Shown here: positions 10,314 to 18,860 of the stretch, one piece after another
Numbering within the stretch: position 1 is the first letter of the stretch
How the letters are laid out: every line of letters begins with the position of its first letter
From: an uncultured Candidatus Saccharibacteria bacterium
Lineage (GTDB): Bacteria > Patescibacteriota > Minisyncoccia > Phycocordibacterales > UBA918
Direction of reading: 5' to 3'
DNA: 64,000 nt
Assembly: GCA_964611205.1 (NCBI GenBank)
Contig: CAZSZB010000001.1
Location: 123,144 to 187,143, forward strand
Program-made: the position numbers and the translations under genes
The notes under the pieces: generated by a model
What the model was told of the DNA's origin: nothing
Seen by the model: only the letters and a program-made list of their open reading frames with translations
Databases searched by the model: none

Positions 10314-10877
10314 TCAGGCGAATCCCGCCGGAGAACCATAGAGTATAGAATCCATGATTTCTTCCGGTGTTACTCGCAAGGGCATCCCGCATACTTCCTG
10401 ATCCTTGTTCAGTCGGAAATGGGGTTTGGTAGTCAAGAACACAGCGATATTCGGCAGGCAAAGCTCGTAAGAGCTTACCGCTATATCGACGAAATGGGAA
10501 ATCGGATTTTCCGTCAACCCAATCTCACCGTCGAAGTGTAGCTGCGAGCGGTAAATGATGAACTCACTCGTATAGCCTTCCTCATCTGTCTCAACCATGT
10601 GACAGATTGTCCCCACGATCTCTTGGTTGATGAGGTTGAGCAGTCTCAGGAACTCATTCCGGAGAAAGGCTTGCACTGGCGATATCTGCACCAGTAGTTC
10701 CAAGGTCAGCATATTGCCAATATGGCTGATCTGGGCATCATGGATTCCTAGCTTCGATCGCGTAGTGAAAATGATGTTTTTCTGGAAGAGTTCATCATGT
10801 TCTTCTACCTCCCATCCTTTGCCAGCCAAGACATCGGCCACTGTCACGAGGGTTTCTGATTGGTGTATGTTTCCCAT
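10314..10877 (-). CDS. Orphan protein, possibly YbjN/T3SS-chaperone-like fold
   Basis: 187-aa acidic ORF with AAGGAG SD; pattern EFLRLLNLINQEIVG...IIYRSQL resembles YbjN-type proteins (by eye). Confidence 0.6.
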   Translation of the reverse strand: MGNIHQSETLVTVADVLAGKGWEVEEHDELFQKNIIFTTRSKLGIHDAQISHIGNMLTLELLVQISPVQAFLRNEFLRLLNLINQEIVGTICHMVETDEEGYTSEFIIYRSQLHFDGEIGLTENPISHFVDIAVSSYELCLPNIAVFLTTKPHFRLNKDQEVCGMPLRVTPEEIMDSILYGSPAGFA

Positions 10878-11067
10878 TTAAGAACTCCTTCTAGCTACTC
10901 TATTTCTAACCTATAAAAGAACTTTAAGCAAAGCAAAACTATTGGTAATTTGAGATTTGCAGATAATCTGTTACTATTTTGCTCACCGATATCGGTTTGC
11001 TGTATATAAATTGGTCCACCACAAGAGCATATCCATTTTTATGGTCGCTAACACTTCCTAAAAATTT

Positions 11068-11139
11068 GGTCCCATCGTCTAACGGCTAGGACACATGGTT
11101 CTCATCCATGAAATCGGGGTTCGATTCCCCGTGGGATCA
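11068..11139 (+). tRNA. tRNA-Glu(CTC)
   Basis: Acceptor stem GGTCCCA/TGGGATC, anticodon arm CATGG-TTCTCAT-CCATG, T arm CGGGG-TTCGATT-CCCCG; CCA not encoded. Confidence 0.96.
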
Positions 11140-11322
11140 CGAGTACAGAAAAGAGCACTTAACATTTTGTGAAGTGCCTTTTCTGTTCGTGATCCCACGA
11201 GCAAGAGTGCCTAAGCACTCTTGCGTGGGAATCGAAAAGCTTTTGTGACAGATTCGACCAAAGGGAGAATATGTCCAAAAGGTGTACAGTTCATGTAATG
11301 AAAGATTTCCCCGTGGGATCAC
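11125..11322. mobile_element. Small non-coding tRNA-linked element bounded by a 16-bp duplication of the tRNA 3' end
   Basis: TTCCCCGTGGGATCAC at 11125-11140 and 11307-11322; antisense copy of the tRNA end at 11189-11199 and 11227-11236. Confidence 0.55.
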
Positions 11323-11328
11323 ACAGAC

Positions 11329-11374
11329 AAGACAGCAAGAGACTACTTCTTAAGAAGTAGTCTCTTGCTGTCTT
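11329..11374. repeat. Perfect 46-bp palindrome without loop
   Basis: AAGACAGCAAGAGACTACTTCTTAAGAAGTAGTCTCTTGCTGTCTT checked base by base. Confidence 0.95.
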
Positions 11375-11585
11375 AGAGGCTGAACTGTTTCAGCTTCGGT
11401 CTGTGTGATGGCCACAGCGATGTTTCTGTCCTGTGCCTTAAGGACAGAAACCGCGAGGCGAGTGAGGAGTGACTCAATGTCACTTCGCAAATTCGAATGA
11501 AAGGTTTTGTCTTTGGATAAAAGAGGGAGGGGCAATAGTCTTAAATCATAGTGCCTTGGGTGTTTAACAAACGTTATCATTCAAA

Positions 11586-11945
11586 CTACTCCTTCCTCCC
11601 ACAAACACCTTTAACCACGACTTCTAACTCTTGAATATCGAAATTTTCGAGGCCGAGGAGTTTTTTGATAGATTCATCTGGGGCAGTGAAGTGGATTACT
11701 TTATTGCAGTCGGTACAAAGGGCGTGATGATGAGGTTCTGTTTGGTATTCGTAATGCACCTCATCGCTACCTAAGTTGACCTCCTTGATTAATTTTTCTT
11801 GTACAAATAAATCTAAGTTGCGATAGATAGTAGTTAAATCTATCGCGGGTAACTTAGTATGAATATCTTTGGCAGAGAGGGTACCACATTGCTTTTTTAG
11901 CACTTCTAATATTTGCTTTCGTTTGGGTGTTAGACGTAATGACAT
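11586..11945 (-). CDS. Fur-family metalloregulator (probably Zur)
   Basis: RLTPKRKQIL, TIYRNL, HHHALCTDC and C-terminal GVC; divergent from a ZIP transporter. Confidence 0.88.
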   Translation of the reverse strand: MSLRLTPKRKQILEVLKKQCGTLSAKDIHTKLPAIDLTTIYRNLDLFVQEKLIKEVNLGSDEVHYEYQTEPHHHALCTDCNKVIHFTAPDESIKKLLGLENFDIQELEVVVKGVCGRKE

Positions 11946-11946
11946 A

Positions 11947-12005
11947 TGCAAGTGATTTGCATTTTAACATTTGATTGTTATACTGGCAATTGCAAATCAT
12001 TTGCA
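11947..12005. promoter_or_regulatory. Two 7-1-7 Fur/Zur-type operator boxes in a divergent promoter
   Basis: TGCAAGT-G-ATTTGCA (11947-11961) and perfect TGCAAAT-C-ATTTGCA (11991-12005) flanking TG-n-TATACT (11979-11984). Confidence 0.75.
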
Positions 12006-12083
12006 TTCACTTTTTAAAAATTTTATCCTAGGAAATAGGATAAAATTCTACATTTTCATTATAATTTAAACAAATTACCCTTT

Positions 12084-12893
12084 ATGGTTATCGAATCTTT
12101 ATTAGCAGCTGGTGTCATTATCTTAATATCCTTAGTTGGAGTTTTTTTCTTCGGAAGTTCCGGTCGTCTCGTCGGTATTGAAAAGTATTCGATTCCGGTA
12201 GCGGTGGGAGTGTTTTTAAGTGTTGTGCTTTATGAATTAATCCCGGAAACTCTGGAAGCCTCGCCTGATTCAGGGGGCTTAGCGGTGGCTTTTGGTTTTA
12301 TCTCTTTTTATATTTTAGCTAGTGTGCTCCATAAGACAATGCACAAAAAATATCAGCATTTAAAAGATGATGAATGTGATCGCAAAGGAGCCGCTATGCT
12401 TATCCTAATAGGAGATTCTATCCATAATGTGTCTGATGGTATTGTTTTAGGGGGAGCATTTTTAATCAACCCAGCCGCTGGAGTAGTGACCGCGATCGGT
12501 TTGGCCCTACACGAACTGCCACAGGAGATAGTCGAGTTCGGTATTCTGATGCGAGCCGGCTATAGTCGGTCAAGAGCGTCTTTGTATAACCTTATTTCTG
12601 CTAGTAGCATTTTGATAGGGTTAGGCTTAATATTTTACGTCTCAGAGTTAGCGGCCGGTTATATTTGGGTCATTACCGGTGTTGCAGCGGGTAACCTGCT
12701 TTTCATAGCAGCTAGTGATTTGTTGCCGCGCATTCATGGTAATCTTAAAAACTATGGCGGTATTTGGCAGGCTTCCTTATCTATCATAGTCGGCTTTTTA
12801 TTGATGACAGTTATTCTAAGCTGGTCGCATGAAAGATTTGATGCACATCCTGAACATCTGGAAAACGAAAACCAAGAGAATTTGGTACACTGA
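12084..12893 (+). CDS. ZIP family divalent metal transporter
   Basis: GDSIHNVSDG and LHELPQE metal-binding TM motifs. Confidence 0.92.
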   Translation: MVIESLLAAGVIILISLVGVFFFGSSGRLVGIEKYSIPVAVGVFLSVVLYELIPETLEASPDSGGLAVAFGFISFYILASVLHKTMHKKYQHLKDDECDRKGAAMLILIGDSIHNVSDGIVLGGAFLINPAAGVVTAIGLALHELPQEIVEFGILMRAGYSRSRASLYNLISASSILIGLGLIFYVSELAAGYIWVITGVAAGNLLFIAASDLLPRIHGNLKNYGGIWQASLSIIVGFLLMTVILSWSHERFDAHPEHLENENQENLVH

Positions 12894-12913
12894 TTTATAA
12901 AATTACAAACATA

Positions 12914-14062
12914 ATGTTTAGGCACCTAAAAGCAAAATATATATTCTTTGTCTTTTTATTTTTTTCAATTTTTACCTTTTTACCTCAGGGGACGATTGCT
13001 CAAGAAATATACAATGAATACCAAGGTACTTGGCACGGTAAAGTTGTAGAGGTCTTGGAAGAGGAGATGAGAATTATTCCGGGTACCGATACAGAACATT
13101 TATACCAGACCGTATCGGTTAAAGTTTTGGACGGACCCAAAGAAGGGAAAGTAATAACTATTGAAAACGATTTTTTAGAGTTGAAAAAAAGTGACAAGTT
13201 TTATTTTAATTATACGCGATATCGAGACGGTAGTGAGACATACGGAGTGGTAAATATTGACCGGGTTGGTTCATTATTCTTTTTATTTTTAGTTTTTGCT
13301 GGAGCGGTTGTTGTTTTTGGTGGCTGGCAGGGTATCCGTTCTTTGCTGGCTTTGGCAGGTAGTTTTCTTGCTATTTTTTATATATTGCTACCAGGAATTC
13401 TAAACGGCTGGAACCCGCTTCTTGCTAGTGTCTTGGTGGCGGCAGGAGTGTTGTTTGCTGCAATATTTTTCACCCACGGTTTCAATCGAGAGTCACTAGT
13501 CGCCTTTAGTGGGACTATGATAGCGGTCAGTATAACAAGTTTGTTTGCGATTTTTTCTGTCCATATAACGTCCTTATCAGGCTTCAATGACGACATCAGC
13601 ACCTATTTAAATTTTAATACTAGAGGAGCGCTGGATTTTGTATCATTACTGCAAGCCGCTATCATTATCGGAGTTTTGGGTGTTTTAGATGATATAGCTG
13701 TCACCCAAGCGGCTGTTGTGACTGAGCTTTTCAATAGCAATAAAGATCTTACGCGACGGGAAGTTTACCAAAAAGCTATCCGGGTTGGTCGAGAGCATGT
13801 GGGAGCCTTAGTGAATACCTTGGTGCTGGCTTACACTGGTGCGTCGCTACCTTTGCTTCTGCATTTTTATATGGCTTCTTCTAGTCTAAGTATGGCTATC
13901 AATACCGAATTTTTTGCGACCGAAATTGTTAGAACTTTCGTGGGGAGTATTGGATTAGTTATGACCGTCCCAATTGTTACTTTACTGGCTGTTATTTATT
14001 TAAAAGATTACCGACCTAAACACACTCATTCGCATTCTCATATTCACGGACATACTCACTAA
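12914..14062 (+). CDS. YibE/F family membrane protein with His-rich C-terminal tail
   Basis: GVLDDIAVTQ, VNTLVLAYTG, GSIGLVMTVP motifs; tail KHTHSHSHIHGHTH. Confidence 0.85.
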   Translation: MFRHLKAKYIFFVFLFFSIFTFLPQGTIAQEIYNEYQGTWHGKVVEVLEEEMRIIPGTDTEHLYQTVSVKVLDGPKEGKVITIENDFLELKKSDKFYFNYTRYRDGSETYGVVNIDRVGSLFFLFLVFAGAVVVFGGWQGIRSLLALAGSFLAIFYILLPGILNGWNPLLASVLVAAGVLFAAIFFTHGFNRESLVAFSGTMIAVSITSLFAIFSVHITSLSGFNDDISTYLNFNTRGALDFVSLLQAAIIIGVLGVLDDIAVTQAAVVTELFNSNKDLTRREVYQKAIRVGREHVGALVNTLVLAYTGASLPLLLHFYMASSSLSMAINTEFFATEIVRTFVGSIGLVMTVPIVTLLAVIYLKDYRPKHTHSHSHIHGHTH

Positions 14063-14115
14063 GATGTAAAATTATTGCTAGTTGCATGAGTTTTCCTATA
14101 AATTTAGACAAAATA

Positions 14116-14149
14116 AAACCGCCCGACTCAAGTATGAGCCGAGCGGTTT
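14116..14149 (-). terminator. Terminator for the 14181-14666 orphan
   Basis: AAACCGC...GCGGTTT stem with T tract on the minus strand. Confidence 0.65.
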
Positions 14150-14180
14150 CGGTTCATCTCAGGTCAAGCGGTGGGCGCAA

Positions 14181-14666
14181 TCAACGGATGTTGCGCACGT
14201 TCTCCCACTCTTCGACGGAGTCGTTCATGGTCCGCATGATCCGCCGCCGCCTGACCATTCTGCCGATCAAGTTGTTGACAACTATGATGATCGGAAATAA
14301 TCCGATGACCATGAAAAGCAGCCACCCACTCAGCCACCCTGACTCGTTCGAGAACGGCGCAACCGTAAAGCCGTATAGATAGCTCCAGCAGAAGGCAGTA
14401 GTGGTCATTGTAAGTCCCACTCCAATTTGGGACTTAGTGTCGACATCCTGATTGACATGGTTGCGTTGTAGACCGGATACTTCCAGGCTCCAGTTGACGA
14501 AGCCGACAAGCCCGAAGAATAAGGCCATGATGAACAGCACTCCCGTCCAATCACCTGTATTTTCAACAGAGCTGTTCGCCCATACTTGGCTCGATATGTC
14601 CCCAAGATGGATTGCTATCGGAATAGCGGCGAGAGAAAAGATGACAAAGAGCATGATGATGCGCAT
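14181..14666 (-). CDS. Orphan membrane protein (about 4 TM)
   Basis: GGAGG SD, TTGATA-17-TAAAAT promoter upstream, hydrophobic segments, GC-richer than neighbours. Confidence 0.65.
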   Translation of the reverse strand: MRIIMLFVIFSLAAIPIAIHLGDISSQVWANSSVENTGDWTGVLFIMALFFGLVGFVNWSLEVSGLQRNHVNQDVDTKSQIGVGLTMTTTAFCWSYLYGFTVAPFSNESGWLSGWLLFMVIGLFPIIIVVNNLIGRMVRRRRIMRTMNDSVEEWENVRNIR

Positions 14667-14768
14667 GGTGGACCCTCCAGTTAACGCACTAAGTTCATTG
14701 AAATTTTAGCTATAAAAACCATAAATATCAATACTTCACTATATTTTATTTATGACTCAATAAATAAA

Positions 14769-16595
14769 TTAGTTAGTTTTGCGTATAGAAGATTTGATGT
14801 CAAAACGGGGATTTACTTTTTTGCCCGGATTGAATATATCTAAAGGATCGAAAGTTCTTTCGGTTTTTTCAAACAGGTCAATAATTTTTTTGGTAAACAT
14901 TTTAGACATATAGGGAGTACGAATAATTCCGTCATTATGTTCGCCACATATATTACCGCCAAACTTCTTGGCTAGAGAAAAGAATTCCTCAGCCATCTTT
15001 TCTACGAGTAGGGGAGTGGTCTTATTAGTGAAGTCTAGCAATGGATAGAAATGAAAATGACCATCACCTCCATGTCCATGGACGGTAGCTGGGACATTGT
15101 ATTTATGTAAAAGCTTTTTAATTTGTACCAAAAACTTAGAAATATTTTCTGGTGGTACCGTCATGTCTTCTAAGAAAGCGGCCGGTCTTTTGGAGCTGTC
15201 TTGCAGTTTTGATAAGGAATAACTGGATCGACGAATTTGCCAGAACATTTCTTGCTCAGCTGGATTTTTTACTAGTCTGGCCCTCTTGCCCCCGTTTTTT
15301 TGTAGGCTTTTAATAATAGATTTTATTTTGCGGTTACCTAAGCGACTGGGATCTATAGTGATGAGCAGGGTGATGTCGGGAATTTTTCGTGCGTAGCGAA
15401 CATGATAGAGGGTATACATTGATAGAATGACTTTGTAGTATTGGTTTTGGTTTAGTCGGATCTTAAAGAAACTAGGGTTACGTAAGGCAAGATCAAAAGT
15501 TAAGTCGTCAAAGAATTCAATATTGTTAGGATAAAAATCCAAAGCTTTAGAAATTACTTTACCAGCTTCCATCAAGTCAAAGACCGGTACGACTATTAAT
15601 TTTGTCTCAGGGTTTATGGGAGTAGTCCGTAGGGTGATGGAAGTGATGATACCAATAGTACCCTGACTGCCAGAAATCAACTGAGTCAAATCGAAAACGG
15701 CTTTACCTCTTTTAAAGCTAGCCACAGAACCATTTAAAACACCCCATAAAGCATAACCAGAACTATTCTTTTTTACTTTTGGTTTCGCTTCTTGAATTGA
15801 TTTTTCATTTTTTTCGATAATAGCAAAAGTTTTCTTCAAAATAGTAGCCAAAGCATTATCTTTTTCTGTTAACGACTTATATTCCTTATAAGTTATTGGT
15901 TTTAAGGTGTAGGTTTTTCCATCATAGAGAGTGACATTAAGAGAGTTGACCCATTTGGCACACTGTCCGTATTGTAGAGAGTCAGGACCGGCCGCATTGT
16001 TAGCGACGGAGCCACCAATAGAGCAGAAGTCTTTTGAAGCAGGATAAGAAGGTAAGTAGACCCCGTGCTTTTTTAAAATCGACTCAACATCTTTCCACAT
16101 AGCTCCCGGTTCGACTGTGATCGTTACACCATCTTTATTTTTGATAGGCTCACCTTTGTGGTGCATATGACGAGAGACGTCAATAATAATCGAATCTGTT
16201 AAGGAACCACCAGATAAACCTGTACCAGCAGCGCGAGGAGTAAGAGAGATAGAAGGGAAATCCTTTTTCAATTTGTTGGTTACTTGGACGGCTATTTCTA
16301 CGTCTCGTTGATTTTTAGGTTGGATTACTAATTGGGGACGAATGGAGAAAATACTTTCATCGGTACTGTATTCGTTTAATAGATCGCTATTAGTCGAAAT
16401 ATCCCCAGCAAAATTTTCTTCTTTCAATAACTTCGCTAAAAGCAGGTGACCTAAAGGATACTTTCGGTTCGGAGCTTCAATATTGAGAGATTTAATTGGT
16501 ACTTTTCCTGTTTTAGGAATCACTTCTTTAGCGGTTGTCTTTTTGACAGCTTTAAGTCGAGGTTTGCTAATCTGGTTTTTAGTAAGAGAAGTCAT
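14769..16595 (-). CDS. FAD-binding oxidoreductase (GlcD / D-lactate dehydrogenase family)
   Basis: PRAAGTGLSGG, CSIGGSVANNAAG, GSQGTIGII, GHGGDGHFH, GEHNDG, FNPGK. Confidence 0.88.
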   Translation of the reverse strand: MTSLTKNQISKPRLKAVKKTTAKEVIPKTGKVPIKSLNIEAPNRKYPLGHLLLAKLLKEENFAGDISTNSDLLNEYSTDESIFSIRPQLVIQPKNQRDVEIAVQVTNKLKKDFPSISLTPRAAGTGLSGGSLTDSIIIDVSRHMHHKGEPIKNKDGVTITVEPGAMWKDVESILKKHGVYLPSYPASKDFCSIGGSVANNAAGPDSLQYGQCAKWVNSLNVTLYDGKTYTLKPITYKEYKSLTEKDNALATILKKTFAIIEKNEKSIQEAKPKVKKNSSGYALWGVLNGSVASFKRGKAVFDLTQLISGSQGTIGIITSITLRTTPINPETKLIVVPVFDLMEAGKVISKALDFYPNNIEFFDDLTFDLALRNPSFFKIRLNQNQYYKVILSMYTLYHVRYARKIPDITLLITIDPSRLGNRKIKSIIKSLQKNGGKRARLVKNPAEQEMFWQIRRSSYSLSKLQDSSKRPAAFLEDMTVPPENISKFLVQIKKLLHKYNVPATVHGHGGDGHFHFYPLLDFTNKTTPLLVEKMAEEFFSLAKKFGGNICGEHNDGIIRTPYMSKMFTKKIIDLFEKTERTFDPLDIFNPGKKVNPRFDIKSSIRKTN

Positions 16596-16704
16596 GAACA
16601 AAGGAACTGGTAACATCCGAGTTCTTTATATTATAACAATTAAGCGGAGGTCTTTTTAGGTGTGTCCACAAAATTTAGAATGTTATACTGGTGTCTCGAG
16701 TTAT

Positions 16705-18399
16705 ATGACACAAGAAAGAGCATTAGAAATATTAAAGACTGGCGGTAATGTTTTCCTGACCGGTGAGCCGGGAGCTGGAAAGACATTTGTTATCAACCAG
16801 TATATAAATTGGCTTGAAGCAGCTGGGGTTAAGGTAGCCGTGACTGCTTCTACCGGTATAGCGGCTACTCATATCGGTGGTATGACCATCCATTCCTGGA
16901 GTGGCATTGGTATTCGTGACGGTCTTTCGCCGTATGATTTAGATATGATTTCTAGTAATGAAAAGACTTCTAAACGAATAAAAAAGACACAGGTTTTGAT
17001 AATAGATGAAATTTCTATGCTTGACGGTGCAGTTTTGGAAATGGTTGACCAAGTGTGTCGAGTAATTCTTGGTAAGCCCGAACCATTTGGTGGCCTACAG
17101 GTTATTTTTGTTGGTGATTTTTTTCAGTTGCCGCCGATTACAAAAAGAGGTGATGTAATGCGCTATGCTTTCGAAAGTCGAACTTGGGAAATGACGAGAC
17201 CGCTTGTTTGCTATATTACTGATCAGTATAGACAAGAGGATGAGTTATTTTTGTCGCTACTAAAATCAATTCGCAGTGGTGAAATTGAAGAAGAACACTT
17301 TACGCTATTGTCTGAACAAACAGAGATGGGGTACAGCGATATTGAACCGACTAGACTTTATACCCATAATGCCGATGTTGACGCTGTAAATTTGACTAAG
17401 TTAAAAGAATTAAAAACTCCGGTTAGAAAGTTTTCTATGAAAGGTCAAGGAAATAAACAACTACAACAAAGTCTCTCTAAGAACTGCTTATCACCAGAGT
17501 TATTAGAGCTAAAGGAGGAGGCAATGGTGATGTGCACCAAAAATAATTTTGAGGCTGGTTATGTTAACGGTACGTTGGCTAGAGTAATCGGTTTTGATAT
17601 TGATGGTATGCCGATTATAAAAACTGCCGCCGGTAAGGAAATTACTATAAAGACTACCACCTGGGAAGTGCGGGAGGATAATAAAGTGTTGGCTGCGGTG
17701 GAACAGGTACCGCTGCGTTTAGCTTGGGCAATTACCATTCATAAAAGTCAGGGTATGAGTTTGGATGCTGCAGAAATAGATTTATCCAAGGCCTTTGTTT
17801 ATGGACAGGGTTATGTAGCCCTTTCTCGGGTGCGAACCTTACAGGGTCTAAAAATGTTGGGTATGAGCCCAAATGCACTGCAAGTTGATCCTAAAGTAAT
17901 CACTAATGATCAACGCTTCCGACAAGAAAGTGAAATGGCTGACGAGGCTTTTTCTGAGATGGAAGAAGTGGAAGTTGAAAAAATGCACCAGCAATTTATT
18001 TCTGCTTGTGGAGGAAAATGGCCATCAGCAGATGATTTAAAAAGGATTGAGGAAGCTGTTTTTGATGGAATAAAGAAAGAGAGTACTTATGAGATTACAA
18101 AGAATTTATTGTTAGAAGGAAAAACAGTTTCAGCCATTGCTAAAGAAAGAAAGATAGGAGAATCAACTATTTGGAACCATATTGAAAAATTAGTCGAAGA
18201 CAAAGCTATTACAGCGTCCGATCTACAGTCTTTGCTTGAAGATAAGGATTATAAGAAAGCAGCACAGGAACTCCATATAGCTATCGAAGAATGTGGAATA
18301 GATAAATTAAAACCCATCTACGAATTTTGTGATGAAAAATATGATTATGATTTGGTTAGGCTGGCCCGTATTGAATATAGTTTGAAACAAGCTCAGTGA
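16705..18399 (+). CDS. PIF1/RecD-like SF1B helicase with C-terminal helix-turn-helix domain
   Basis: GEPGAGKT, IIDEISM, GDFFQLPP, TIHKSQG, YVALSR; C-terminal IAKERKIGESTIWNH HTH. Confidence 0.9.
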   Translation: MTQERALEILKTGGNVFLTGEPGAGKTFVINQYINWLEAAGVKVAVTASTGIAATHIGGMTIHSWSGIGIRDGLSPYDLDMISSNEKTSKRIKKTQVLIIDEISMLDGAVLEMVDQVCRVILGKPEPFGGLQVIFVGDFFQLPPITKRGDVMRYAFESRTWEMTRPLVCYITDQYRQEDELFLSLLKSIRSGEIEEEHFTLLSEQTEMGYSDIEPTRLYTHNADVDAVNLTKLKELKTPVRKFSMKGQGNKQLQQSLSKNCLSPELLELKEEAMVMCTKNNFEAGYVNGTLARVIGFDIDGMPIIKTAAGKEITIKTTTWEVREDNKVLAAVEQVPLRLAWAITIHKSQGMSLDAAEIDLSKAFVYGQGYVALSRVRTLQGLKMLGMSPNALQVDPKVITNDQRFRQESEMADEAFSEMEEVEVEKMHQQFISACGGKWPSADDLKRIEEAVFDGIKKESTYEITKNLLLEGKTVSAIAKERKIGESTIWNHIEKLVEDKAITASDLQSLLEDKDYKKAAQELHIAIEECGIDKLKPIYEFCDEKYDYDLVRLARIEYSLKQAQ

Positions 18400-18407
18400 T
18401 TTAAAGT

Positions 18408-18821
18408 ATGTGGAAAGTAAGGAGAAGAAAGCAAAAGCGTAAAAGGGCCAGTAGTGTTACCAAGCATTATTTGGAGCATAAAGAAATTGCTCGTGCTCTG
18501 GTAGAAGCGAGACTAAAATATCATAATCAACATTATGGTTTTTTTTGGAATCGGGTAGCAATCCGAAATCAAAAACAGTGTTGGGGTAGTTGCACCTCTC
18601 TCAAAAATCTTAATTTTAGTTATCGCTTACTTTTTCTACCAGAACATTTGGTGGACTATATTATCGTTCATGAATTATGTCATTTAGCCGAACTTAATCA
18701 CGGTGCAAATTTTTGGTCTTTAGTAGCTGAAAAAATTCCAGATTATAAAAATCGTCAAGCAGAGCTCCGGATATTAGAGAGGAAATTAGTAGAGCCTAAA
18801 AGTAAAGCTATTCGGAGATAG
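18408..18821 (+). CDS. YgjP/DUF45-like zinc metalloprotein (M48-related)
   Basis: WGSC, YIIVHELCHL (HExxH), NHGANFW. Confidence 0.85.
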   Translation: MWKVRRRKQKRKRASSVTKHYLEHKEIARALVEARLKYHNQHYGFFWNRVAIRNQKQCWGSCTSLKNLNFSYRLLFLPEHLVDYIIVHELCHLAELNHGANFWSLVAEKIPDYKNRQAELRILERKLVEPKSKAIRR

Positions 18822-18860
18822 TGCTGGTTATATGATTATTATTTGCTAACATAATCCAGT

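Noticed and set aside
11125-11490. CRISPR array or second tRNA
   Set aside because: Only two direct-repeat copies, no regular spacers or cas genes, and the second copy lacks D and anticodon arms
11350-11580. 76-aa ORF downstream of the Fur-family gene
   Set aside because: Runs through the hairpin cluster and palindrome with no protein motif; more likely non-coding, though not excluded
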